NCBI RefSeq assembly: GCF_006345805.1 | Contig: NW_021834829.1 | Coordinates: 1-46,031 of the forward strand | DNA from: Octopus sinensis | Taxonomy: Eukaryota | Length of the DNA stretch: 46,031 nt | Direction: 5' to 3' | In this document: piece after piece, positions 34,682-46,031 of the stretch | Position numbering within the stretch: the first letter of the stretch is position 1 | Layout: every line of letters begins with the position of its first letter | Position numbers and translations under genes: made by a program | Notes under the pieces: model-generated | Databases searched by the model: none | What the model was told of the DNA's origin: nothing | Seen by the model: the letters and a program-made list of their open reading frames with translations, nothing else

Positions 34682-35104
34682 GGCGTAGGAGTGGCTGTGT
34701 GGTAAGTAGCTTGCTTGCCAACCACATGGTTCTGGGTTCAGTCCCACTGCGTGGCACCTTGTACAAGTGTCTTCTACTATAGCCTCAGGCCGATCAAAGC
34801 CTTGTAAGTGGATTTGGTAGACGGAAACTGAAAGAAGCCCGTTGTATATATGTATATATATATATACATATATATGTGTGTGTGTATATGTTATTGTGTC
34901 TGTGTTTCTCCCTCCAACATTGCTTGACAACCGATGCTGGTGTGTTTACGTCCTCGTAACTTAGCAGTTCTGCAAAAGAGACCGATAGATTAAGTACTAG
35001 GCTTACAAAGAATAAGTCCTGGGGTCGATTTGTTTGACGAAAAGACGGTGCTCCAGTATGGCCACAGTCAAATGACTGAAACAAGTAAAAGAGTAAAAGA
35101 GTAA
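34682..35104 (+). mobile_element. Family A (CORE-type, octopus OR-like) SINE, best-preserved plus-strand copy
   Basis: tRNA-like head GGCGTAGGAGTGGCTGTGTGGTAAG...GGGTTCAGTCC, CORE-like motif, central (TA/TG)n, tail (GTAAAAGA)n. Confidence 0.92.
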
Positions 35105-35779
35105 GGTGGTGTCCCAGTATGGCCATAGTAGACTGAAACAGGCTCAAGGAAAGATTAAAGGCAAAATAGGAAAACCACCAAAGTTTCTAAGTGATGCATA
35201 AAGCAAGAATGATAACAACATGGGGGTTGTTGTTTAAAATAGATTCAACAAGGAGAATAGGACAACCTTCAAATAGGACAACCTTCAAATAAGCATAACT
35301 ATGTGGTTAAGAAGCTCAGGCTTTCAACCATGTGGATTTTAGTTCAATCCCACTGCACAACACCTTGGCCGAGTAAGTGTTTTCTACTACAGACCCAGAC
35401 TGACCAATGTTTTGTGAGCAAATTTGGTAGGTGGAAACTGTGTAGAAGCCCACCATATCATGAGTCCAACACCCTAACCACTAAGCCATACACCCCCCAC
35501 AAAGTAAAGTTCCTTCCTGGGACATATGCCCAGTTTCCATGGCATATAAATTCCTCACTTGGACAGGACACCTGTCCATTGCAGGATTACTCCTTTTTGC
35601 CAGATAAATGGAATGGAGGAATGTGAAATGGAGTGTTTTGCTCAAGAACACAATGTGTCAGCTGGTCCAGGGATCGAAACCACAAACTTACGATCATGAG
35701 TCCAATACCCTGACCACTAAGTCACATGTGCCCCCACATGAGCTGACACAGGATTGAGATGTGTGGTTATGTATTGTAT

Positions 35780-36016
35780 TTATAAGACGGCGAGCTGGCA
35801 GAATTGTTAGCACGTCGGGCGAAATGCTTAGAGGTATTTCGGCTGCCGTTACGTTGTGAGTTCAAATTCCGCCGAGGTCGACTTTGCCTTTCATCCTTTC
35901 GGGGTTGATAAATTAAGTACCAGTTAAGCACTGGGGTCGATATAATCGACTTAATACCTATGTCTGTCCATGTTTGTCCCCTCTATGTTTAGCCCCTTGT
36001 GGGTAATAATGAAATA
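35780..36016 (+). mobile_element. Family M SINE
   Basis: Perfect 15-bp TSD GGTTATGTATTGTAT at 35765-35779 and 36017-36031. Confidence 0.92.
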
Positions 36017-36485
36017 GGTTATGTATTGTATGAACCACTGTAACCTCAACTCTGTCACTTCAAGACCTATCTTCTTCCGAGCCCCTACGTAGTCATCTTA
36101 CATGGTGTATGGAGGGTAATATATGCGGAGGTCCTGAGGATGGGCACCAGTTAAGCTTATACAAATAAGCTGGGATTCTGGTGCAAGTTGGACCAGGATG
36201 TGTGGAGGCGTCTTATCTGGAGAGTCTGAGTCACCACATTGGCCTTGACTTGAATAAACTTCAATGAGAATGTATTGGGTTACAATCAGTGACAGCAGCA
36301 TGAATTATTAAAGGATGTTGGTGATAATGGCAGTGCCCCAGCATGGCCACAGACCTTTGCTGAAACTGGTAATAGGATAATGATGTGGAAGATATGCGGT
36401 TACTGTTGTTTGTTTATCCCTAGGTCAGCTCTCATTGGTCAACAGATCTATCGTCAAAGACATTCCAGCTATGACTACCTCTGTT

Positions 36486-36853
36486 CATTATCATCATCAT
36501 TTAACATCTACTTTCCATGCTAGCATGGGTTGGACAAGCTTGACAAGAGCTGGAAAGGCCAGGGACCATGCCAAGTCCCATAGTCTGTTTTGGCATGGTT
36601 TCTACAGCTGGATGCCCTTCCTAATGCCAACCACTTTACAGAGTATACTAGGGGGGTTTTTATGTGACACCACCAGCAGAGCTTTAAATGTGATGCCACC
36701 ATCATTGCTTTTTACATGGTACCATCACCAGTGCTTTTAATGTGGCACCATCACCATTACTTTTTACAATGGTATTGGCACCAGTGCTTTTATATTGCAC
36801 CATCATCAGTGCTTTCAATGTGACACCATCACCAGTGCACTTTACGTGGCACC
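36486..36853 (-). mobile_element. Family C element ending in an array of ~25-nt sub-repeats
   Basis: Family C core, then about 8 units like gtggcaccatcaccagtgcttttaat. Confidence 0.75.
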
Positions 36854-37037
36854 AATCTAACCCTAGTGCTAACTCTAAACCTAACTCTAAATCCTAACCT
36901 AGATCAGATAATTGCAGAGGGTAGCCTACTAATCCTATGGTAGACTTCACACTGAAACAGCATCAATAAATGCCATTCTGGTGTAAGACTCAGACCATAA
37001 TTAAGTTTATAAGCAGGTCTCCAGCAACCAGCCAACT

Positions 37038-37390
37038 CATCATCATCATCATCATTTAACATCCATTTTCCATGCTAGCATGGGTTGAACGGTTCGACAG
37101 TTCGACCGGGGTCTGGGAAGCCAGAAGGCTGCTCCAGGCTCCAGTCTGATCTGGTAGTGTTTCTACAGCTGGATGCCCTTCCTAACACCAACCACTCCGT
37201 GAGTGTAGTGGGTGCTTATTACATGCCACCAGCACAAGGATCACAACTACAATTTCCATTTGATTTTTGATGTTGATGTACTTGACTCAATAGGTCTCCT
37301 CAAGCACAGGGTCGAAACGGTGTTTCTTTACTTGCCACCTGCACAGGAGTCAGTCCAGTGGCACTGGCAATGGCCGGGTGCCAGTCATAG
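37038..37390 (-). mobile_element. Family C element
   Basis: Same core as 32436-32708. Confidence 0.8.
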
Positions 37391-37573
37391 GATTGGTTCA
37401 GTTTCAATTCCAATTTCATCTGGGAGAAACTGACACTGGGTCTCTTTCTGAAACAATGATCAAGATTCTGAAGGGATAAGTAGTAGGCTTACAAAGAATA
37501 AGTCCTGGGGTCGATTTGCTCGACTAAAGGTGGTGCTCCAGCATGGCCACAGTCAAATGACTGAAACAAGAAA

Positions 37574-37661
<88 letters not shown>

Positions 37662-38512
37662 CAGATAGAGGTAGGGCTCCCCTATTTCTCTTCCTGCAAC
37701 ATTCTAACAACTTGTGTATGTGTGTGTGTATACTAAAATATTTTTACCACTGATTTCAGTCATAGGACAATGGCCATGCTGGAGCAGTAGTGACTTTTTG
37801 TCAGTTACATCAATGTCAGTATCTACTTAGCCTGGGACTCAATCATTCACTTAATGAAAGGTCGAGTTCACCTACATGTTGAGTTATATCCCCTGTTCCC
37901 TTTCACAGATGTAAATAACACTAGGTATTTATAGCAGGATACAACAACACACAGACACACAGACACATATTCATTATCGCTCTGAACACTTTCACATTGA
38001 GACTTTTCATGTTATATCTCAAATGAATATGTACATTTGTGCGTGTATATTTGGATGTAGTTGTGTACATATATGTGTGTAGGTGTACATATATGTATGC
38101 ATGTGTGAAGTATTCCAGTGGGTGACCAGTTCAAAGAAAGCTGTCTCGACGCTCAGAATAAAGAACTCAAAGATAGATCTGAGAGCGAATAAACATTTAG
38201 TCAGAAAAACATTTGACTGTTTATATATATACAAATACATATATGTATATATATATATATATATATTATATATATTTATATTTATATATATAATTATATA
38301 TACAAATACATATATATATAATATATATATATATATATTATATATATATATATACATATATATATAGTTGAAATTTATAGAATATATATATACATACATA
38401 CTTCATAAACATTTATAATATACATGTGTGTGTGCATACATACATACACACTTTACAAATATTTATAATGTACATGTGTGTGTATACATACATATATATA
38501 TATATATTTTTT

Positions 38513-38630
38513 AAAGCCTAGTACTTATTCTATTGATCACTCTTACCCAACTGCAAAGTTAAGGGGGATATAAATACACCAACACCAGTTGTCAAGTAGT
38601 GATGGGTGACAAACACAAACACAGACAGAT
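38513..38630 (-). mobile_element. Family A SINE, 3' body
   Basis: aagcctagtacttattctattg...caccagttgtcaag. Confidence 0.75.
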
Positions 38631-38640
38631 AAACAGACAG

Positions 38641-38675
<35 letters not shown>

Positions 38676-38690
38676 CATATATGTATCTAC

Positions 38691-39072
38691 AGGCACAGGT
38701 GTGACTGTGTGGTAAGTAGCTTGCTTCCCAGCCACATGGTTCGGGGTTCAGTCCCACTGCGTGGCACCTTGGGCTATATAGCCTCAGGCTGACCAAAGCC
38801 TTGTGAGAGGATTCTGTAGATGGAAACTGAAAGAAACCCATATATATATGTATATATATATATGTGTGTGCGTGCATGTGTGTGTGTGTGTGCACATCCT
38901 ATCACTGCTTGTCAACTGGTGTTGGTGTGTTTGCAACCCCATAACTTAGCGGTTTGGCAAAAGAGACTGATAGAATAAGTAGCATGCTTAAAAAATAAGC
39001 ACTGGGGTTGATTCATTCGACTAAAAATTCAAGGCAATGCTCCAGCATGGGCCACAGTCTAATGACTGAAAC
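38691..39072 (+). mobile_element. Family A SINE, full length
   Basis: Head to tail collinear with 34682-35104. Confidence 0.88.
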
Positions 39073-39090
39073 ATATATGTACATGTATGC

Positions 39091-39131
<41 letters not shown>

Positions 39132-39290
39132 CATGTTTTGAGTTTTATTTTTCTTATTTGCATCACCAGATGTGTGTGTGTGTGTATGTATATATATGTA
39201 TATATGCCAATGTTAATAAATATTGTGTGTATACATATATATACAGGTGTGCATGTGTGTGTGTGTATATATATATATGTATATATATAA

Positions 39291-39530
39291 CAGCCAGCAC
39301 CGGACTGGCTTCCGTGCCGGTGGCACATAAAATACACCAATCTGACCGTGGCCGTTACCACGCCTATGTGCATAAAAAGCAACCCACTACACTCACGGAG
39401 TGGTTGGCGTTAGGAAGGCATCCAGCTGTAGAAACATTGCAATAGACTGGAGCCTGGTGCAGCTTCTGCTTCCCAAACAACCGTCCACCCATGCTGCTGG
39501 CGGACTTTAAACGACGATGATGATGATGAT
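39291..39530 (+). mobile_element. Family C element with (ATG)n tail
   Basis: gtggcacataaaa...ggagtggttggcgttaggaaggcatccagctgtagaaac...ttaaacgacgatgatg. Confidence 0.85.
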
Positions 39531-39679
39531 AATGAACTCAAGGCAGCTTCTGCAATTTCCGTCTTCCAATTAAAGTATTATATATAATAGAATTAGCTAT
39601 AGTGTCTGTGTGTGTGCATGTGTGTGTGTGTGTGTGTGTATTTTTATACTGTAATATATATATATATCTATGAACACTT

Positions 39680-40020
39680 ACAGGGAAGTGTGTATGTATG
39701 TGTGTAACTATGTGAGCAAGTCATGTATGTATGTGTAATGAAATGTATAGTGTAGCATGAAAGAGATAAACAGAAAGATGTGTGTGAACACCTACAGACA
39801 GGTGTGTGAATGTGTCTGTGTGTTTATGTGTGTGTGTAATGGAAAATATTCACAATACTAAAAATAAACAAAATAAGTGTGTATGTGTGTGTGTGTGTGT
39901 GTGTATATACTGAATACATGCATATGAGTACCTACAGACAGGTGTGTGTATGTGTGTGCATATGTAATGAAATATGTTTCAAAGATTAATAATGAATGAG
40001 AGAGGGAGAGAGAGAGAGTG

Positions 40021-40051
<31 letters not shown>

Positions 40052-40330
40052 TGTGCAATGAAAAAGGTTCACAATACTAAAGATAAACAAAATAAAAGTG
40101 TATATGTGTGAGTATATACTGAAATATATGTGCATGAACACCTACAGACAGGTGTGTATGCACGTGTGTGTATATGTAACAAAATGTTTCAAATATCAAT
40201 AATGATAAGATTGTGTGTGTGCATGCATGTGCGTGAATGTGCATATATGCAAGTGTGTATATGCATGTACATGTGTGTGTATATACCTGTGTGTGTGTGC
40301 ATACGCTTACTGAAATAAATGTACATACAT
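39680..40330. repeat. Degenerate ~215-bp tandem repeat with embedded microsatellites
   Basis: ttcacaatactaaa at 39849 and 40068; cctacagacaggtgtgt at ~39791, 39931 and 40141. Confidence 0.75.
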
Positions 40331-40419
40331 TAATAAGAAATAAACAAACAAATGTGTGCATGTGTTTATACTTAAATATATATGTGTATATATATATGTA
40401 TAAACATCAACCGGTAAGA

Positions 40420-40450
<31 letters not shown>

Positions 40451-40911
40451 AGTGTGTGTGTGTGCGTGCTTGTGTACAGGTGTATGTGTGTCAGATAATA
40501 TCCAAAAGTGAAACAGCAACCACAAAATTATTAGAAAATGGATCCGCAGTTGGCATCAACAATGGCTATATTAGCTACTTGATCAGCAGAACCGGTTGAG
40601 TATCCCACAGACATTCATACCACCACACCACTCACACACACATGCACAGAACTACTACCTACTCCCTGAAGCTCATAGTAAAATCTAATTAGTAATTAGC
40701 CAAAGGACACGTGTGCTGTTACTGAACTACAAATAGACACTCTCCAAAGAACAATTTGCTCATTAAATTACATTCTAAGTAGTGGTCGAGTACTCCACAG
40801 ACTCGTCTACCTTTAACATATTCTTTGAGAAAAAAAATCAACATGACATGGTGTTTGGCATGGCTGGACACTCAACATTTATGTGACTGATATAATCTGT
40901 TCTCCATTTGA

Positions 40912-41210
40912 CAGGTTCTCACATGCAGGGTCTGTATAAAATTTTTTGGGGTCCACAGATACAATAGTAAATTGGGGGTCTACAGTAATTTTTTAGGGGC
41001 CTTGAAAAAATTGAGAGTGAAGTTTACATACAATAATTCGGTTATACATCTACAATAAACAAAATATTTTGACCGTTTTTATACAAGTTCTAATAATATT
41101 TAGTCATAAAAATACAATAGGATTTTTTAAGCATCGAATGTTTATAGGGTACACCCATTAAGATAGGAATCAAAGGGGTTGACAGGTAAAAAATGGTTTG
41201 AGAACCCCTG
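40912..41210. mobile_element. hAT (Charlie-like) MITE
   Basis: Right TIR GTTTGAGAACCCCTG; decayed left TIR CAGGTTCTCA; internal ggggtcc motifs. No TSD visible. Confidence 0.65.
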
Positions 41211-41362
41211 GTCTACCTGTATTTTATTTCATGTGTTTCTGTTGACCCTGAAGCTATGGTGATAGAAAAACACATTCAAGGTGTCACATAATGAAATTGA
41301 ATTTGGGTCCTTCATGCCTGAAAACGAAACTTCTAAACCATTTTCAATGCAAACCTCTTAGC

Positions 41363-41559
41363 TAATGGTTTTTAACCTTTTTAATATCTGGGTCAGATCC
41401 AAAACCTGCTTTTTTTTTTAGGGGCCAGCACCAGAAAAAGTAAAACAGAAGTCAATTAGAGAAAAATTTATATTTATGTAGAGTGAAAACCATCATGGAC
41501 TGCCAGAAGGATGTCTAAGGGCCATATGCATCCCAGGGAGCCACGATTGAGGACTACTG
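41363..41559. mobile_element. hAT (Charlie-like) MITE, decayed
   Basis: TAATGGTTTTTAACC / GATTGAGGACTACTG; flanks ctcttagc and ctctagac. Confidence 0.55.
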
Positions 41560-41572
41560 CTCTAGACTGTAG

Positions 41573-41800
41573 CTCTACCAGTTAGAAATAACAGCTAAAT
41601 CTTCCTCATAGTAGACCCTCTAGGAAGTACTTCTACCAATTAGAAAACACATCCAAAACCTCATGTGATGAAATTGAACGTGTACCCCTCGTGCTTACAA
41701 AGAAAATTTCTAAACTATTTACAATCCAAGCCTCTGGGTCAGGGATTCCCAACCTGGGGTCTGCAAACGCAATACTGAATATCCCTGAACTAAATTCAAA

Positions 41801-41832
<32 letters not shown>

Positions 41833-41833
41833 G

Positions 41834-41876
<43 letters not shown>

Positions 41877-42203
41877 ATACACATATACACACACATGCAC
41901 ATGAGGATATGCATAGTAAAAGGGGTCAGTGGGAAAACTAATTTTAAAAAAGGGTCGGGAACCACTACTCTAGGTAGTATGCTTCAACCAGCTAGAAATA
42001 ACAGCCAAACGCTCCTCACATCAGACCCACTAGGTAGTAACTCTATCAGTTAGAAATAACAGCCAAATCTCCCTCACATCAGGCCTTCTAAGTAGTAGCC
42101 CAACCAGTTAGAAATAACAGCCAAATTCCCCTCACATCAGGTCTTCTATGTAGTAACTCTACCAGTTAGAAATAACAGCCAAATGCCCCTCATATAAGAC
42201 CCT
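41573..42203. repeat. 58-bp minisatellite interrupted by a MITE
   Basis: Units start at 41573, 41631, 41983, 42041, 42099 and 42157 (ctctaccagttagaaataacagccaaatctccctcacatcag...). Confidence 0.9.
41740..41967. mobile_element. hAT (Charlie-like) MITE
   Basis: CAGGGATTCCCAACC / GGTCGGGAACCACTA; 8-bp TSD CTCTGGGT / CTCTAGGT (7 of 8 match). Confidence 0.75.
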
Positions 42204-42380
42204 TGTACCTTCGGCAAAAAACAATACAGTAGAGTTATATACCACTAATAAACAAACAAAAAAAGACAAATAATAAATGAGATGGGCATGGCTAGAATAA
42301 CCCCAAGCAAGCAGAGCTGACCGAGGGCTAAATGAGAACAGTATTATCAACAACAACAGCATGAACAAGACAACACTCAC

Positions 42381-42400
42381 CGAGAGAGTACTTTTTCCAC
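42381..42400 (-). CDS. Candidate 20-nt microexon GTGGAAAAAGTACTCTCTCG (VEKVLSR, xGKSTLS or WKKYSL)
   Basis: Acceptor actttcattgacaatgttctccag and consensus donor G|GTGAGT in unique sequence; all three frames are open. Confidence 0.45.
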
Positions 42401-42504
42401 CTGGAGAACATTGTCAATGAAAGTGTAGAAACACAACCGTTATAGTACACTATGTGTGTGTGTGTATTTACACATGTATGTGTGGCTGGATGTGTGTATG
42501 TGTG

Positions 42505-42663
42505 TGTGTGTATATATATATGTATGTGTGTGTGAGTGTGTAGATGGATGTGTGCGGGATTATATATGGTATATATGTCCGTTTGTGTGCGAGTATATTT
42601 GTTGGTTGTTTGTGTGTATGTTTACATAAATGTGTGTGTGTGTGTGGATTGATTTAAGGATTT

Positions 42664-42701
<38 letters not shown>

Positions 42702-43170
42702 AGGTGGTGTGTGTGTGTGTGTAGTCAGAGGTGTTATAATCCACAGGTGTAAAGTTAGGTTCCTGTCGAGATGAATTAAAAGTTGGCAATGAAGAACAAC
42801 ACTGAATAGAAATAGCGCGTGTATGTGTTGTATTGTGTATGTGTGTGTGTGTATTATATATGTATGTGTGTGTGAGTGTGTAGATGGATGTTTGGCGGGA
42901 TTATATATGGTATATATGTCCGTTTGTGTGCGAGTATATTTGTTGGTTGTTTGTGTGTATGTTTACATAAATGTGTGTGTGTGTGTGGATTGATTTAAGG
43001 ATTTACGTGTGTTGGTGTGTGTGTGTGTGTGTGTGTGTGTACAGGTGGTGTGTGTGTGTGGTGTGTCAGAGGTGTTATAATCCACAGGTGTAAAGTTAGG
43101 TTCTGTCGAGAGATGAATTAAAAGTTGGCAATGAAGAACAACACTGATAGAAATAGCGCGTGTATGTGTG
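42505..43170. repeat. Tandem duplication, ~340-bp period, bounded by (TG)n
   Basis: tagatggatg at 42541 and 42881; differences are mainly indels. Confidence 0.92.
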
Positions 43171-43539
43171 TGTATGTGTGTATGTGTGTGTGTATGTGTG
43201 TGTGCACACGTGTGTATCTATATGCGTGTATAACTGTGCATGTGTACATATATATATGTTTGTGTATGCATATCTATATGTGTGTGTATATCAATGTGTG
43301 TCTGGGTAATTATTATTCAATATGTGTATATGTAAGAATGAATATACATACATATATATATATTTATTTAAGTCCATATGTGTGTGTGTGTGTGTGCATA
43401 CATATGTGTGTGCATGTGTGTGTGTGTATCAATATATGTGCATATAGGGAAGTATAAATATCTTTATATTTGTGTATGTGTGTATGTATATATATTATAA
43501 ATATATATATATATATATATTTATATATGTAGGTCTGTG

Positions 43540-43572
<33 letters not shown>

Positions 43573-43764
43573 ATTTATACACACACACACACACATGCAC
43601 GTGTGTGAGTGTATATAAGGGTATGTCTATACGAATATGTACGTTTATTCCCCCACCCACCCACCCCAGAATCATTTCACAGGGGTAACATGAAGTGAGG
43701 TGCCGTATGCATCATGTGCTTATTACACGAGTGTTGCTTTAGTAGTAATAGTGGTGGCGATGGC

Positions 43765-43806
<42 letters not shown>

Positions 43807-44134
43807 GGTAGTAGTAATTGGAGTAGCAGCAGCAGCAGCAGCAGCAGTGTCAGCAGCAACAGGAGGAATATTTATTTCGCAGGATGTCCGATTATATTCT
43901 CTACTGCTGAAACTACAGGATGGCTGGCTGGCTGGCTGGCTGGCTGCTGATGTTGTGGTGGTGGTCGTGGTGGGAGCAAGGAGGGTGCCATTGAAAGATT
44001 CCTCCTCAATAAGGTGGAAGAAACCAGATGAAAATCAATGTGTGTGTGAGTGCGTGCATGTATTATTGTATTATTCCAACAAGTGTGTATACACACACAC
44101 ACACGTGTATGTATATGTATATATATATATATTA

Positions 44135-44535
44135 CTCTTTTTTACTCTTTACTTGTTTCAGTCATCTGACTGCGGCCATGCTGGAGCACCGCCTCCAGCC
44201 GAGCAATTCGGACCCGGGACTCATCTTTGTAAGCCGAGTATTATTCTATCGGTCTCCTTTGCCGAACCGCTAAGTGATGGGACGTGAACACCAGCATCAG
44301 CTGTCAGGCAATGCTAGGGGGGACAAACACAGACACACAAAACAAACACACATACATATATATATATACATATATACGACAGGCTTCTTTCAGTTTCCGT
44401 CTACCAAATCCACTCACAAGGCATTGTTCGGCCCGGAGTTATAGCAGAAGACACTTGCCCAAGTGCCACACAATGGGACGGAACCCGACCATTGGTTGGT
44501 AAACAAGCTACTTTCCACACAGCCACTCCTGCGCC
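44135..44535 (-). mobile_element. Family A SINE, full length
   Basis: Reverse complement collinear with 34682-35104. Confidence 0.9.
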
Positions 44536-44603
44536 TATATATATATATATATATATATTCACTCTCAGATTTATATTCAGATTTTACTAAGCCTATATAT
44601 ATA

Positions 44604-44777
44604 TATTTCTTTACTACCCAAAAGGGGCTAAACATAGAGAGGACAAACAAGGACAGACAAAGGATTAAGTCGATTACATTGACCCCAGTGCATAACTGGT
44701 ACTTAATTTATTGACCCCGAAAGATAAAGACAAAGTCGACCTCGGCGGTATTTTGAACTCGGAACATAACGACGACG
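44604..44777 (-). mobile_element. Family M SINE, 5'-truncated
   Basis: Flanked by direct repeat ACTAAGCCTATATATATA at 44586 and 44778. Confidence 0.88.
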
Positions 44778-44810
44778 ACTAAGCCTATATATATACACAC
44801 AAAGATATAT

Positions 44811-44843
<33 letters not shown>

Positions 44844-45084
44844 ATATATATATACACACATATACACACACAAAGATATATACACATAGTAGCATGGAGA
44901 GCTGTGTGGTGGAGAAGAGCATTTTACCATTCTGATATCATGCAGCTTCGGGTTCAATCCCACAGCACAGCATCATGGACAAGCCTTGTGAATGAAATTG
45001 TGTTTATGTATATAGATGAATGGGAGTGAGGGAGGGCTGAAGGGAGAGAAAGAGGGAGGGATTAGAGAGACAGACAGACAGACA

Positions 45085-45320
45085 TTCTTTTGTTTCAGTC
45101 ACTTGACTGCGGCCATGCTGGAGCACCGCCTTTAAGCATTTTAGTCAAACAAATCAACCCCACGACTTACATTCTTTCTTTCTTTTTTTTTTTTTTTGTA
45201 AGCCTAGTACTTATTCTATCAGTCTCTTTTGCTGAAATGCTCAGTCACAGGGACATGAATACACCAACACCGGCTGTCAAGTGGTAATTGTGGGGAACAA
45301 ACACAGACACATAGACACTC
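45085..45320 (-). mobile_element. Family A SINE, 3' part
   Basis: tttgtttcagtcacttgactgcggccatgctggagcaccgcc... Confidence 0.8.
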
Positions 45321-45338
45321 ACACACACACACATATAT

Positions 45339-46031
45339 ATAAAGTCAAGAAAGTTCTTGCAGTTTTTTAACCTTTAAATTCAGATGCACATATCTTGACT
45401 CCAACAAAAGGTTATTAATCGAAATAAACACCATCAGAATCAACACACTTTTGCCAACACAAAACAAGTTTATTTATGCCAGTAGTGTAAAAATCCTGTG
45501 TTCTGGTAGCGATGAAGTTGTTGAAGGTGTTTTTGCCATCGTCTTGGTTTTTCAAGCATTTCTCACGCAGGAAGTTGTCGAGATGCTTGAAAAAGTAGTT
45601 GTCGGTAGGCAAGGGGTCTGGTGAGTATGGCGGATGAGGCAGAGTTTCGTAGCCCAATTCGTTCAACTTCTACAGGGTCAATTGTGCAACGTACAGCCGA
45701 GCGCTGTGGAGAAGAATTGGTCCTTTTCTATTGACCAATGCTGGCTGTTGTTGTCAGAGTTTCTTATGCATTTCATCCATTTGCTGAGAGTACTTCTCCG
45801 CCGTAATGGTTTCACCTGGATCCAAAAAGCTGTGATGGATGAGACTGGCCGCAGACCACCAAACAGTCACCATGACCTTCTTTTGGTGCAACTTTGGCTT
45901 CGGGAAGTGCCATGGAGCTTCATTGGCATCCAACCACTGAGCTGATCGTTGCCGGTTGCCGTAAAGAATTCACTTTTCATCGCAAGTCACAATCTGCTCG
46001 AGAAACGGGTCGTTCTTGTTGCATAAAAGAA
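45339..46031 (-). pseudogene. Mariner (D,D34D; Hsmar1/cecropia-like) transposase pseudogene with 3' TIR; runs off the window end
   Basis: IVTCDEK*ILY, KKVMVTVWWS, GPILLH-SAR (second Asp deleted), HPPYSPDPLPTD, WQKCVDSDGVYFD*; three premature stops; TIR-like gaaagttcttgcagtttt near 45349-45366. Confidence 0.93.

Noticed and set aside
36098-36301. 67-aa minus-strand ORF in non-microsatellite sequence ending at GTAAGA
   Set aside because: No recognisable motif and a weak acceptor; could be an eroded LINE. Not supportable.
37909-37924. 16-nt plus-strand microexon-like segment (cag|ATGTAAATAACACTAG|gtattt)
   Set aside because: Stops in two frames, non-triplet length and a weak donor; indistinguishable from chance.
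38100-38215. Hydrophobic minus-strand reading SIFEFFILSVETAFFEL after a good acceptor
   Set aside because: No credible donor; isolated between microsatellites.

Overview
Eukaryotic, AT-rich, repeat-dominated DNA. It contains several tRNA-derived SINE families, micro- and minisatellites, MITEs, and decayed LINE, Penelope-like and mariner fragments. The repeat repertoire looks like an octopus (coleoid cephalopod) genome; this is inferred from recalled SINE families, not from a database search. There is no intact long gene. The ORF-track entries I can assign to proteins are an RTE reverse-transcriptase fragment (17982-18593) and a dead mariner transposase (45415-46031). One more (26977-27171) weakly resembles a LINE end; the rest are microsatellite or SINE read-through, or short ORFs I could not assign. 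A few tiny splice-bounded exon candidates suggest the window is mostly the introns of an unidentified minus-strand gene (20, 34 and 60 nt exons plus a terminal exon), with a possible convergent plus-strand gene end at the left. The most unusual signal is a scatter of minimal hammerhead-ribozyme-like motifs of Penelope-like element (PLE) type. These include a ~440-bp near-perfect palindrome carrying a hammerhead core on each strand, and a motif sitting just downstream of a decayed GIY-YIG endonuclease. Also notable are four-tier element nesting, three hAT MITEs in and beside a 58-bp minisatellite, a motif/microsatellite-spacer array, and three tandem duplications whose indel-dominated differences suggest assembly artefacts. 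No tRNA, rRNA or CRISPR locus is supported.
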